From positions 1,200,001 to 1,232,000 of the forward strand of contig NC_016012.1 of the NCBI RefSeq assembly GCF_000283555.1: 32,000 nt of DNA, read 5' to 3'. A model generated the notes under the pieces. That model saw only the letters and a program-made list of their open reading frames with translations. It was not told the origin of the DNA and ran no database searches. The position numbers were made by a program, and so were the translations under genes. The DNA is from Candidatus Arthromitus sp. SFB-rat-Yit. Its GTDB lineage: Bacteria > Bacillota > Clostridia > Clostridiales > Clostridiaceae. The first letter of the stretch is position 1, and the number at the start of each line of letters is the position of its first letter. Of this stretch, positions 1 through 9,368 are shown in pieces.

Positions 1-400
1 AAAACTCAACTCTATCATCTTTTGATAAAAAAACTTTAAGAGTTGACTTAATCCCATTATAAGTATGAGTAAAAATAGCATACCCAATACCATATATAAC
101 TTTATAATCATCCCCACACAAATCAAAAGGCTTATATGTAAATCCCCAAACATCCATTGTATCTTCATCTCTTATATAAAAGTACTTTCCAAAATCATCA
201 AGTATAGAATCTTGAACAAATCTTGTAATTCTATTTTCAATAGAATTTTTCCCCCAAGAATATCCCCCACCTGTTTGCGTTACCAAAATTGAGTATTTAC
301 CATTGCTTATTATATTGCTCCATGGTTTTGGAGTTCTTGGATTTGTTATTATATACTCATATCCATCATTTGAAAAATATCCATATTTACAGGAGAACAT
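1..400 (-). CDS. GH94-family glycoside phosphorylase (cellobiose/chitobiose/beta-1,2-oligoglucan phosphorylase-like), N-terminal 133 codons; the gene runs off the left edge
   Basis: Absent from the ORF track because no stop lies in the window. Reverse translation from ATG at 398-400 gives MFSCKYGYFSNDGYEYIITNPRTPKPWSNIISNGKYSILVTQTGGGYSWGKNSIENRITRFVQDSILDDFGKYFYIRDEDTMDVWG... This matches the conserved GH94 N-terminal pattern (Y.ITnP.TP.PW.N ... GGGYSW..NS.ENR.T ... G...YIRDE...WS). GGAG lies about 11 nt upstream (411-415). The frame is open to position 1. Confidence 0.75.
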   Translation of the reverse strand, partial: MFSCKYGYFSNDGYEYIITNPRTPKPWSNIISNGKYSILVTQTGGGYSWGKNSIENRITRFVQDSILDDFGKYFYIRDEDTMDVWGFTYKPFDLCGDDYKVIYGIGYAIFTHTYNGIKSTLKVFLSKDDRVEF

Positions 401-473
401 ACAAAAATACACTCCACTCTAAAATCATTTTAATCTATTATTACTATAACTTAATAATTATATTCTAATATTT

Positions 474-503
474 AAAATAAAAAAAGTAGGACAATATCCT
501 ACT
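474..503 (-). terminator. Rho-independent terminator after the mscS-lipoprotein operon
   Basis: On the minus strand, AGTAGGA-tattg-TCCTACT (485-503) is followed by a T-run (plus-strand A-run 479-485). It abuts the stop codon at 503-505. Confidence 0.6.
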
Positions 504-1540
504 TAACTATATAAAATCAATCCCGATACAACACTATTTTTATCCATATTTAACTTTATATTCTTAGAGAGTTTAAAATCTTTCGCATCATATATTTCTA
601 AATACTTATCAGATAATATAAAAATTTTATCATCTAATATATCAAATACCTTTATATTATAATCAAATTCTATTTTGTAACTCTTTAATGATTTCCTATC
701 AATTTTTATCACACTATCTTTATTTAAATCTTTGTTATCCCCTCTAACTGTAACATAAATACTATCTTCGTATAATAATATCTTATCTAAATTATTTCTA
801 ATAGTATTTATATAATCAAAACTTTTAGTGTATATATCGTAAATCCCGACTTTACCAGAATCAATCTTTGAATTAACATCATAATTTGTGAAATATATTT
901 TCCCTTCATAATAAAACATATCATTTTGATATAATCCAAATTTTGATAGATTAAATCTACTTATATTCTCCAAGCTATCCTTATTTAACACATTTAAGTA
1001 AGAATTTCCATTATTATTTCTACTAAAAATATATACATTTTCATCGTCAACATGTATTTTCCCAACCACATGATCGTCTATACTAACTGTCTTAACTATC
1101 TTTAGTGACTCTTTATTGCAAATGCTTAGTTTATTTAAAGAATGCGTTATGTAAATCTTATCATTATACATAAAAATCTTATAAATATCTTCAATATCTA
1201 AATCAATTTTTGTATATCCATTATTGTATTTATCAATTTGTATTAAGTAACTATCACCTTTTGTTGAAACTATATCATTTGATTTAGCATAAAAATATGA
1301 ATCATCAGACGGTACAAAATTTCCAAGATAACTTATTCCTTCAAGTGAAAATTTTATCCTACTGCCTTCATGACCTTCACTATCATATTGATTTATAAAA
1401 GATTCCTTCCTATCTTTATTAAAATTTACAATCCCAATATAATATCCGTGATTCAAATTACTTGCATACTCTACACTACATGATACAAAAAACATAAATA
1501 TCATGGAAATAATAAATATAGATTTGATAACATATCGCAT
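503..1540 (-). CDS. Putative lipoprotein with repeated beta-strand motifs (possible beta-propeller); function unknown
   Basis: 345-aa ORF. GGAGG precedes the ATG. The N-terminus MRYVIKSIFIISMIFMFFVSC resembles a signal peptide with a lipobox-like Cys. Motifs recur periodically (IYITH, VYIFS, IYFTN, IYVTV), as in YVTN-type propeller blades. It starts 9 nt after the mscS stop, so it is probably co-transcribed. Confidence 0.65.
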   Translation of the reverse strand: MRYVIKSIFIISMIFMFFVSCSVEYASNLNHGYYIGIVNFNKDRKESFINQYDSEGHEGSRIKFSLEGISYLGNFVPSDDSYFYAKSNDIVSTKGDSYLIQIDKYNNGYTKIDLDIEDIYKIFMYNDKIYITHSLNKLSICNKESLKIVKTVSIDDHVVGKIHVDDENVYIFSRNNNGNSYLNVLNKDSLENISRFNLSKFGLYQNDMFYYEGKIYFTNYDVNSKIDSGKVGIYDIYTKSFDYINTIRNNLDKILLYEDSIYVTVRGDNKDLNKDSVIKIDRKSLKSYKIEFDYNIKVFDILDDKIFILSDKYLEIYDAKDFKLSKNIKLNMDKNSVVSGLILYS

Positions 1541-1549
1541 TTTTACCTC

Positions 1550-2383
1550 CTAATTCTTCATGATAGAGTACCTCTGTGTTGGTAAAATAATATTTTCTGA
1601 TAATAACCTGTCCATTATTAATTTCCTTAGTTCATTTTCTATATTCCAATGACTTAAAGGCTTTGCATATCCAACTACCCTATATGTTATAGCTACCTGA
1701 TCTGTTGAAATAATACCATAAATATAAGGTTTTACCGTTATATCATCGTGTGAATAATTATTCAAAACGTAATTTATATTTTCGCTTACAGCTTTTGACT
1801 TTTGAGATAATCCAACTTGTATATCTATTAAAATTCTTGAATCTTTTCTTGAGTGATTCGTAATCTGATTTATTGATCCATTCGGTATTATGTGATAATC
1901 ACCATTAAAATCTCTAAGCTTAGTTACTCGTACTTGTATACTATCTACTATTCCCTTAAACTCATTTGATCCTTTATTTATAGTAATATAATCACCAAAA
2001 GTAAACTGATTTTCAAAAGTTATAAACACCCCATTAAACAAATCTTTCAAAATATTTTGAGATGCAAATCCAAGTGCAACCCCAATAATACTTGTTAAAG
2101 TTACACCAACAGCTCCTACAAAATTTTGAATCAAAATTAAAACTAAAATAGTTATAAAAGAATATTTAACTATGCTAAGAACAAGTGTTTGAATCGTATG
2201 CAAACGTCCTTTATCAATTCTACTATTAAATATTTTTTTATTAAGTACACTTTTAAGCACTTTGCACACAATTTTATAAATAATATAAATCACTATAAAA
2301 CCAAATATTGAATCTAAAATTTTTATCCCAAGTTTTAAGGAAGAATCAACTATACTTTTAATAAAGTCTTCAAATACATTCAT
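1550..2383 (-). CDS. Small-conductance mechanosensitive channel (MscS family)
   Basis: 277 aa. Three N-terminal hydrophobic helices are followed by the MscS signature region GVALGFASQNILKDLFNGVFITFENQFTFGDYITI and a beta-domain. Confidence 0.85.
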   Translation of the reverse strand: MNVFEDFIKSIVDSSLKLGIKILDSIFGFIVIYIIYKIVCKVLKSVLNKKIFNSRIDKGRLHTIQTLVLSIVKYSFITILVLILIQNFVGAVGVTLTSIIGVALGFASQNILKDLFNGVFITFENQFTFGDYITINKGSNEFKGIVDSIQVRVTKLRDFNGDYHIIPNGSINQITNHSRKDSRILIDIQVGLSQKSKAVSENINYVLNNYSHDDITVKPYIYGIISTDQVAITYRVVGYAKPLSHWNIENELRKLIMDRLLSENIILPTQRYSIMKN

Positions 2384-2691
2384 TGAGTAATCCCTTCTGT
2401 TTCATAAATAGTTTTCATTATTTAAATAAAATTGGGGAAATTTAAAAAAGAAATGCTTCACAAACTAATAGTAAATAATCCGGAATGAATATAAAAAATA
2501 AATATGAAGTTACGAATAATAAAGTAATATAAAATTTTTGATAATAATTTCATTTAAAGGATTTAAATAACATTCTTTTGATTATAACACAATTAAAAAT
2601 GTAAATCTACATAAAACTTTTTATTATTGTATTGAGTTTATATTTGATACGTTGTATTATTGTTAACATACTATTAATAATAAGTTTACTT

Positions 2692-2719
2692 TTTACATAG
2701 TTTACTTATTTTTTATAAT
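2692..2719 (+). promoter_or_regulatory. Candidate sigma-A promoter for the 2736 surface-protein gene
   Basis: TTTACA (2692-2697), 16-nt spacer, TATAAT (2714-2719). GGAGG at 2722-2726 and ATG at 2736 follow. Sequence match only, in AT-rich DNA. Confidence 0.35.
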
Positions 2720-2735
2720 TTCGGAGGAACTTATA

Positions 2736-5651
2736 ATGAATAAATTAAAGACAATATCTTCTATATCTTTAGGTGTTGCTGTATTGTCACTTTCATTGCC
2801 AAACAGCTTTGAGACCTCAGCACTTTCAAACAGTTTATATACATTGACAGAAGAAGATTACGAAATATACTATCTAAACAATACTCTTACTTTAGCTTTT
2901 GATAATGCTACTATTCATAACAATGTAACCGATATAGAACTTAAAGATAAAAATGGTAGATACTTGAGCTTTGATAAAAATTCAGAAGACTTTACACTAG
3001 AACTTAATAATGGTTTAAATAACGGAATTTATTACTTAGTATTTTCACTCAAAACATCTAATTCTCAAATAAAAGAATTAATTTCACCTATATATATAAA
3101 TTTTTCACAAACATCAAGCAAAAATTTATCTGTCACTTCATTAAATCCTATAGTAAGTATCACAAATATTAATGGAGTTAATAAATTAAATGCTAGATTT
3201 ACAGTTCTTAATACACAAGAAAAAATTCATGATGCTAGAATCTTAGACTCCAATTTATCCGAAATTGGTTATTTAGAAAACGCATCTAATCCAAGAAACT
3301 ATGTATTTAATTTGGGATCAAATACTCCTAAAGTAGATGAAATCTATTATATAGAATATACTTTGGAAGATTTAAACAATGAAATATATACGGTTAAAGT
3401 TCCATTTACACATTCATCGAACTCAGTGCAACTTAATCAAACAAACACAAACGCATTCACTTATACTTCATATGAAAATTCAAATAAAACAATAGATCTT
3501 ACACTGGATTTCAAAGGTATTGATAATAAAAATGTTACTTTAACTCAAGTTAATAATTATGGAGTTGTAATTCTTCCTTCTTATGATAATAACGGACGTA
3601 TAGTTTTAAAAAATATAGAAAAAGGTACAATGATACAAGCAAATATTAAAAATCTAGATGGAAAATATACAGATTTAATCTTTAAAGTTCCAGATAAAAC
3701 ACAAACAACTGAATCAGTTATACCTTTTTTAAGATTTGTAAACGCACCATCATTAATACTGAAAAGAGGAACTAAAATTTCTCTTCCTCTTATAAAAGAT
3801 GACTTAATAAGTGCTGGACTTACAACTCCAAATACTTATTTGAAATTTGTTACTATAGATAATTTTGGAACAGAAACTGATTTAACAGATGAAGTTCGGG
3901 TTTCTACATCAATGGATAAAATAGACGTTCCAGTAAATACAAACATAGAAACATTATCTCAAGGTTCTCAGGTATATGTTAAGGTTTATAATCCTACAAA
4001 ATCTTATTTATTCCCATTTAGTACTTCAAATACAGTTGAAACTACAAAATCATCAGCTTTCGATGTTATAAAAAGTAGTACAAACCTTGATTCTGTTTCA
4101 TTAACATTTAGACCGAACAGTAACATCTTAGGAAATAATGAAACTTTCTCTAATAACGATATTCTTATTTTAAATGACTCAATTCAAGCAACACTTTCTC
4201 CAGACAAGAAAACTTTCTCTATTAATACAAAAGTAAACAATCTTATAAATGGTGTTAACACTTATACATTTATCAGAAACTCTTCAAGTGGTAACGCAAA
4301 ATATGTAACTGGTGAATTTTTAGCACTCTTCAACTCATCATCAAATGATATATCTCCAGCAATAACAGACTTTAATATTAAAACAAATAATAGCTCTAGT
4401 CTTATATTTAATTTAACTTTAAATCAGGATTTAGTTAACTCAGGTATTACTAAAAATTCAATCAAAATTTATGATGAGTTCGGAACTAGTATAAATATGA
4501 AAACAAACTTAAAGCAAAATGGAACTAAAAAATATTATGAGTTAATAATCGATCCTCCAAGTCAGCTCGTACCAAATAGATATTATACAATTGAATTTTC
4601 AAATGGATTAAATTCATTTGAATCAAACTTTATATACAATAACAATACAACTTATAATCCAAGAATAGATTTATCATTCAACAGTGCATCATCATTTACC
4701 CTTAAAAATTTAAATAGCATACCTGGATACTCAAATTATGAATTTAATATAAGAATTACAGATTACTATAACAAAAATAATGTTTTCTATGAAAACTTCA
4801 CACAAAGTTATTATGGAGAAAAATTAAACCAAAATTCTATTACTAGAAATTTAAATAATGGAAAATCCTTTTATAATGGTGATAGATACTTATTAGAAAT
4901 TTCAAATATCACAACTGGTGATACCTATAAAACTGATTTTACTTTTAGAGATAGTGATATAATAAACAGCGGTACAAATTCATCTCAAATAAATATTTCT
5001 TCAAGCTCTATTATAAATACAGACGATAAGATTTCATTCTCATACTTAATTCCAAATAATAAATCAATAGCAACTGTAATTACAAATACTCATGGAATAA
5101 CAGGAGATTACTCAAATAACAGAATAACTTTAGATGGAATAATTCCAAATAAAATTTACACAAACTTAAGGGTAACTGTTAACTTTAAAGATGGAACTAA
5201 CCAAAGTATAATTTTAAGCGAATTTAAAACTAATAAATCGTCAGATGAACTTAAAAATTATATATCAAAAGTTTATACAACTGCTTTAACTCCTATAAAT
5301 GAAACAAATAAATACAGAATCAGATATGCAGATGAAGAAGGTTTCAAATATTGGTACGATATGCTATATAACAAAAAAATGTCTGGACCAGAATTTATTT
5401 ATAGAGTACTAGATAGTGCTGAATTTAATAAAATCCATACCTCACCTCAAAATAAAATAAGAGCACTTTATCCCATAGTTACAAATAGAGAAGGGGATAA
5501 TAATGGAATAACTTATTGGATTAATGAACTAAACCAATATTCCTCATCTTTAAACAGCGAAAAACTTATATTAGAGATTATATTAACTAGAATGCTAAAT
5601 GAAGATGAGCCAAAAAGATTATTTCAAAGTTTAGGAATAAGATTAAGCTAA
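2736..5651 (+). CDS. Large secreted surface protein, paralog 1 (P1): signal peptide, Asn/Ser-rich tandem Ig-like modules, C-terminal beta domain plus two DUF4214-like repeats
   Basis: 971 aa. Signal-peptide-like N-terminus MNKLKTISSISLGVAVLSLSLPNSFETSALS. Roughly 90-100-aa modules each end in motifs such as GIYYLVFSL, IYYIEYTL, RYYTIEFSN and DRYLLEISN. No Cys residues. No LPXTG or hydrophobic tail. The C-terminus aligns with the two other paralogs. Confidence 0.85.
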   Translation: MNKLKTISSISLGVAVLSLSLPNSFETSALSNSLYTLTEEDYEIYYLNNTLTLAFDNATIHNNVTDIELKDKNGRYLSFDKNSEDFTLELNNGLNNGIYYLVFSLKTSNSQIKELISPIYINFSQTSSKNLSVTSLNPIVSITNINGVNKLNARFTVLNTQEKIHDARILDSNLSEIGYLENASNPRNYVFNLGSNTPKVDEIYYIEYTLEDLNNEIYTVKVPFTHSSNSVQLNQTNTNAFTYTSYENSNKTIDLTLDFKGIDNKNVTLTQVNNYGVVILPSYDNNGRIVLKNIEKGTMIQANIKNLDGKYTDLIFKVPDKTQTTESVIPFLRFVNAPSLILKRGTKISLPLIKDDLISAGLTTPNTYLKFVTIDNFGTETDLTDEVRVSTSMDKIDVPVNTNIETLSQGSQVYVKVYNPTKSYLFPFSTSNTVETTKSSAFDVIKSSTNLDSVSLTFRPNSNILGNNETFSNNDILILNDSIQATLSPDKKTFSINTKVNNLINGVNTYTFIRNSSSGNAKYVTGEFLALFNSSSNDISPAITDFNIKTNNSSSLIFNLTLNQDLVNSGITKNSIKIYDEFGTSINMKTNLKQNGTKKYYELIIDPPSQLVPNRYYTIEFSNGLNSFESNFIYNNNTTYNPRIDLSFNSASSFTLKNLNSIPGYSNYEFNIRITDYYNKNNVFYENFTQSYYGEKLNQNSITRNLNNGKSFYNGDRYLLEISNITTGDTYKTDFTFRDSDIINSGTNSSQINISSSSIINTDDKISFSYLIPNNKSIATVITNTHGITGDYSNNRITLDGIIPNKIYTNLRVTVNFKDGTNQSIILSEFKTNKSSDELKNYISKVYTTALTPINETNKYRIRYADEEGFKYWYDMLYNKKMSGPEFIYRVLDSAEFNKIHTSPQNKIRALYPIVTNREGDNNGITYWINELNQYSSSLNSEKLILEIILTRMLNEDEPKRLFQSLGIRLS
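5244..5648 (+). other. C-terminal tandem DUF4214-like repeats of P1
   Basis: DELKNYISKVYTTAL...RYADEEGFKYWYDMLYNKKMSGPEFIYRVLDSAEFNK, then IRALYPIVTNREGDNNGITYWINELN...ILTRMLNEDEPKRLFQSLGIRLS. This fits the recalled DUF4214 pattern (h-Y-x3-L-x-R-x2-D-x2-G-x2-YW ... S-x-EF). Not HMM-verified. Confidence 0.6.
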
Positions 5652-5656
5652 ATCAC

Positions 5657-5688
5657 TCACCCTACAATTAGATTGTGGGGTGATTTTT
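5657..5688 (+). terminator. Rho-independent terminator of P1
   Basis: TCACCCTACAA (5657-5667), loop ttaga, TTGTGGGGTGA (5673-5683), giving an 11-bp stem with one G-U pair, then TTTTT (5684-5688). Confidence 0.65.
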
Positions 5689-6078
5689 ATATTAAAATTA
5701 TTAATTTATTTATTTATCACATTTAGCAATTGCCTGATTCCTCTTAAACATGCTCTTCCTATAAATACACACAATAACTTATCAAACTTAGACTCTTTTT
5801 ACCTATCAAACATTTGTATATATGGAAATAATTCAATTTTTTTTGATATCCCAAAAAATCTTAAATTTTCATATTTAAATGTAATCTCATTCTCTTCTCC
5901 TTCAGGAAAACAACTAATATATACAATTCCTCAATTAATAAACATAACTTCATCTCCCGTTTATGTGATGCTAAAAAAACCTCTAACTGAAACAGGAATC
6001 TATAAAATAACATTCTCAGGAAAAGACGAAATAACAAATAATCAAATTGAATTAATGGGAAGCTTCACATTTAGATAA
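5680..6078 (+). CDS. Orphan 132-aa ORF resembling a single Ig-like module of P1; possible gene remnant
   Basis: The GTG start lies inside the terminator stem of the upstream gene and has no RBS. The C-terminal part (TETGIYKITFSGKDEITNNQIELMGSFTF) resembles a P1 module end (NNGIYYLVFSLKTSNSQIKELISPIYINF). The ORF sits between two terminators. Confidence 0.3.
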   Translation: MIFILKLLIYLFITFSNCLIPLKHALPINTHNNLSNLDSFYLSNICIYGNNSIFFDIPKNLKFSYLNVISFSSPSGKQLIYTIPQLINITSSPVYVMLKKPLTETGIYKITFSGKDEITNNQIELMGSFTFR

Positions 6079-6083
6079 AAAAT

Positions 6084-6115
6084 AAAGAATGCATATTACT
6101 ATGCATTCTTTTTTA
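6084..6115. terminator. Bidirectional rho-independent terminator (end of trmB-argS, and of the 5680 ORF)
   Basis: AAAGAATGCAT (6084-6094) pairs perfectly with ATGCATTCTTT (6101-6111) around loop attact. T-run follows on the plus strand and an A-run precedes it. Confidence 0.7.
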
Positions 6116-7807
6116 CATTTCATCAACAGTTTCAATACCTATTAAATATAAAGCATTTTTAATTACAATCGTTGTTGCATAAACCAAAATAAGCCTTGCA
6201 ATTTTTAAATCCTTATCCTCAAGGTTCAAAATATGATTGGAATTATAAAATTTATTAAATGCTTTTGATATATCAATTACATATCTCGTTATAATCGATG
6301 ACTCTAAATAAGATATAGCCAATTTAATATTATTATTAAAATCACTAAGAACCTTAATTAAATTACTTTCATTTTCATGTGTAAGAAGGCCTAAATATTT
6401 TTCAAAATCTATATCCAAAATATTAATTCCACTCTTTTTTAAAATGGACTTCCCTCTCGCAAAAGTATATTGAACATAAGGACCAGTTTCTCCCTCAAAA
6501 GATAAAACATCATCAAAATCAAATATGATATCTCTCTCTCTATTCATTTTTAAATATGTAAATACTATGGCTCCAATACCAACTTTCTTTGAAACCTCAT
6601 CTTTATTTAAAAGATTAGGATTCTTCTCATCAATTACACTTCTTATCTTATCTACAGACATATTTAGAAGATCCTCAAGAAGAATAACTTCTCCTTTTCT
6701 TGTTGAAAGTTTTTTATCCTTAAACTTCACAAGACCAAATCCAACATGAACACAATCCTTTGCCCACTCATATCCCATAAGCTCAATAGTTTTAAACACT
6801 TGCTTAAAATGAAGTGCCTGAGGAGTCCCTGCTACATATATATTCTTATAAAAATCATACGTTTTCTTCCTATATAATAAAGATGCTAAATCTCTCGTTG
6901 CATAAATTGTTGCACCATCTGCTTTTTTAATAATGCATGGAGGCATATTATACTCATCGAGTCTAACAACCTTAGCTCCAAGCGAATCACTCAAAAGACT
7001 TTTCTCCTCAAGCTCGCAAACTACCTCATCCGTCTTATCAGAAAAAAATGCCTCTCCATCATAAGAATCAAACTTAACCCCTAAAGTTTTATACAATTTT
7101 TCAAACTCTAAAAGGCTAAGATCCCTAAACTTTTTCCAAAGTTCTCTACACTCTTTATCCCCATCTTCAAGCATTTTAAAATACTTTCTTCCTTCATCTT
7201 CAATCGATGGATCATTTTCCGCCTCATTATGGAATTTTACATATATTCTAAATAGTTCATTTATGGGACTCTTTTCAAGTTCATCAAGGTTAACCCATCT
7301 TTTATATGCATAAATAAGCTTACCAAATTGAGTTCCCCAATCCCCTAAATAATTAATTCCAACAACATTATACCCTTGAAATTTATGTAATCTATATAAA
7401 GAATTTCCTACAACAGTTGTAAATAAATGCCCTATATGAAATGGTTTTGCAATATTTGGTGAAGAATAATCAATAACTATAGTCTTGCCTTCACCATAGT
7501 TTGATCTTCCATAATCATCTTTTAATTTTAATATAGTATTTAAAACACTTTTTGAAAAAATAGACTTATCTATGAAAAAATTTAAATATGCTCCAATAGT
7601 TTCAACTTTTTCAATACTCTCATGAGATATTTTTAATTTTAAATCCTCGGCAATAATTTGGGGAGATTTTTTAAGTTCCTTTGCAAGTTTAAAACACGGA
7701 AATGCAAAATCACCCATATTTTTATCAGGAGGTATCTCTATAAAATTATAAACATTTATCCCAATTATCTCTTCTATTAAATCACTTATAATTCTTTTAT
7801 AATCCAC
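6113..7807 (-). CDS. argS: Arginine--tRNA ligase
   Basis: Class I HIGH motif ([14 protein letters not shown]) and overall ArgRS-like sequence. The track starts at TTG 7840, overlapping trmB. I place the start at GTG 7805-7807, which is 8 nt after GGAAGGGG. This gives [13 protein letters not shown]..., a typical ArgRS N-terminus, 564 aa, and removes the overlap. Confidence 0.93.
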   Translation of the reverse strand: MDYKRIISDLIEEIIGINVYNFIEIPPDKNMGDFAFPCFKLAKELKKSPQIIAEDLKLKISHESIEKVETIGAYLNFFIDKSIFSKSVLNTILKLKDDYGRSNYGEGKTIVIDYSSPNIAKPFHIGHLFTTVVGNSLYRLHKFQGYNVVGINYLGDWGTQFGKLIYAYKRWVNLDELEKSPINELFRIYVKFHNEAENDPSIEDEGRKYFKMLEDGDKECRELWKKFRDLSLLEFEKLYKTLGVKFDSYDGEAFFSDKTDEVVCELEEKSLLSDSLGAKVVRLDEYNMPPCIIKKADGATIYATRDLASLLYRKKTYDFYKNIYVAGTPQALHFKQVFKTIELMGYEWAKDCVHVGFGLVKFKDKKLSTRKGEVILLEDLLNMSVDKIRSVIDEKNPNLLNKDEVSKKVGIGAIVFTYLKMNRERDIIFDFDDVLSFEGETGPYVQYTFARGKSILKKSGINILDIDFEKYLGLLTHENESNLIKVLSDFNNNIKLAISYLESSIITRYVIDISKAFNKFYNSNHILNLEDKDLKIARLILVYATTIVIKNALYLIGIETVDEM

Positions 7808-7808
7808 A

Positions 7809-8453
7809 CTATTTTCCCCTTCCTTTATATTTTGAAACAAGATGCATTATCTTCATTCCCTTATTTATAAATTTTTCCTCATACTCCGTCATAATATTTT
7901 TTATATTCTCACTATGTAAATCAAAAGTTTTATATATAATCTCAAAATCATTCTCTTCTAGATATTCTATTGAAGCTAAAAAAAACTCCTCATGATCAGT
8001 TTTAAGTATTATCTTAGAATCATCTTTCATTATTTTAATATACTTTTGTAAAAATCTAGGATAAGTTAACCTTCTTTTATTGTGTCTAGCCTTTGGCCAT
8101 GGTGTTGAAAAATTTAAATATATATCCAAAACTTCATTTTCTTCAAACACTTCATCTATGTAATTAATATCAAACGATAAAATTCTTACGTTGTTTAAAT
8201 TTAATTCCTCACATTTACGTTTGACATAAACTAAAACCTCATCCTTCAAATCCACAGCAACAAAATTTTTATCCATATTCTCTTTTGCAATATTTTCTAT
8301 AAATTTTCCTTTACCGCATCCAAGCTCTAAACAAATATCATTTTTATTTCCAAACAACTCATGAAATCTTCCTTTAAATTCTCTCGGATTTTTTATAAAC
8401 AAATTACTCTCCAAAAGTTCTGGACGTGCCCAAGCTTTCCTTCTCAATCTCAT
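7809..8453 (-). CDS. trmB: tRNA (guanine46-N7)-methyltransferase
   Basis: 214 aa. N-terminus [13 protein letters not shown]..., SAM-binding [10 protein letters not shown] and a PWPK(A)RHNKRR motif are all characteristic of TrmB. Confidence 0.9.
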   Translation of the reverse strand: MRLRRKAWARPELLESNLFIKNPREFKGRFHELFGNKNDICLELGCGKGKFIENIAKENMDKNFVAVDLKDEVLVYVKRKCEELNLNNVRILSFDINYIDEVFEENEVLDIYLNFSTPWPKARHNKRRLTYPRFLQKYIKIMKDDSKIILKTDHEEFFLASIEYLEENDFEIIYKTFDLHSENIKNIMTEYEEKFINKGMKIMHLVSKYKGRGK

Positions 8454-8582
8454 CTTATCTACCTCAAATAAAGAAATACTCTTAACAATTAATTATTTTA
8501 TCATATAAAATATAAAATTTGACATTATTTGAAATATTTTTTATAATTAATCATCTAATTTTAGCGTATTGGGGAGTTTCAT

Positions 8583-9344
8583 ATGAGCTTAAACAATATA
8601 TTTAACGCAGATATTTATGAATTTGAAACAATTTCATCAACTAACGACTTCGCAAAGCAATTATGTACGAATAGCCCAAAGAATGGAACAATTATCATCT
8701 CAAACGAGCAGACAAAAGGAAAAGGTCGTTTAGGAAATACATGGTCTTCAAAAAAAGATAAAGGTTTATATTTCTCCATAATTTTTAAATGCATCAATAT
8801 AAAGTCAAATTATGAAACTCTAACCCTTATGATATCCCTTGCAATTTCTGATCTCCTCAAAACCTACTCATTAAATCCTAAAATTAAATGGCCAAATGAT
8901 ATATTGATAGATGATAAAAAAGTATGTGGCATACTCTGTGAGCTTAAACAAAATTCGCATGAAAACTTTATCATATGTGGTATAGGCATAAATCTATATC
9001 ATGATATATCAGACTTTGATGAAAGTATAATAAATAAAGCAACAAGCATTATTTTAAATACAAACATAAAAATAATAAAATATGAGTTTATAAACAATTT
9101 AATTTCTCATCTTCACACCTACTACAATAATTTTATAAACTTATCTTTTAAACCATTTTTAGATAAATATATAAGTCTGTCATCTATTTTAAATAAAGAG
9201 GTTTGTTTAAAAATAAATGGAATTGACGTGTCTGGAATTGTCGATGGATTTGATGAATTTGGTCATTTATTATTAAAAAGGGAAAATAAAATAATTAAAG
9301 TATCATCCGGAGAAGTAACCCTTAAAAATACATATAAAAAATAA
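8583..9344 (+). CDS. birA: Biotin--[acetyl-CoA-carboxylase] ligase, class I (no N-terminal HTH)
   Basis: 253 aa. GKGRLGNTWSS matches the BirA GRGRxGRxW motif, and KWPNDILIDDKKVCGIL is present. The protein begins directly with the catalytic domain. Confidence 0.88.
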   Translation: MSLNNIFNADIYEFETISSTNDFAKQLCTNSPKNGTIIISNEQTKGKGRLGNTWSSKKDKGLYFSIIFKCINIKSNYETLTLMISLAISDLLKTYSLNPKIKWPNDILIDDKKVCGILCELKQNSHENFIICGIGINLYHDISDFDESIINKATSIILNTNIKIIKYEFINNLISHLHTYYNNFINLSFKPFLDKYISLSSILNKEVCLKINGIDVSGIVDGFDEFGHLLLKRENKIIKVSSGEVTLKNTYKK

Positions 9345-9368
9345 AGGAGCAATTATTGCTCCTTTTTA
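9343..9368. terminator. Bidirectional terminator between birA and the convergent small-protein operon
   Basis: AGGAGCAA (9345-9352), loop tta, TTGCTCCT (9356-9363). TTTTT follows on the plus strand and an A-rich run precedes it. Confidence 0.6.

Noticed and set aside
65-292. 75-aa + strand ORF
   Set aside because: It lies antisense to the well-supported GH94 N-terminal coding region (1-400, minus strand). It has no RBS and its product is low-complexity.
2736-5651. Sortase (LPXTG) or lipobox anchoring of the large surface proteins
   Set aside because: The C-termini (..SLGIRLS, ..KINFEW, ..LGLRVE) lack LPXTG and the hydrophobic-basic tail. The N-termini have type I rather than lipobox signal peptides.
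6525-6749. Antisense ORFs nested in homology-supported genes: 6525-6749+, 8615-8797-, 12150-12380-, 12714-13007-, 14504-14845-, 15816-16070+, 17155-17352+, 22485-22727-, 25156-25353+, 25864-26211+, 27995-28231+, 30101-30382+
   Set aside because: Each lies wholly or largely inside, and opposite to, a longer ORF with clear family motifs. None has an RBS, and their products are hydrophobic or low-complexity, as expected from translating the antisense strand of AT-rich coding DNA.
7841-8582. T-box or other leader RNA controlling argS; BirA operator in the trmB/birA divergent region
   Set aside because: argS sits directly behind trmB with a 1-nt gap, leaving no leader. The 129-bp divergent region shows no specifier, T-box or antiterminator-like structure. 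This BirA lacks a DNA-binding domain.
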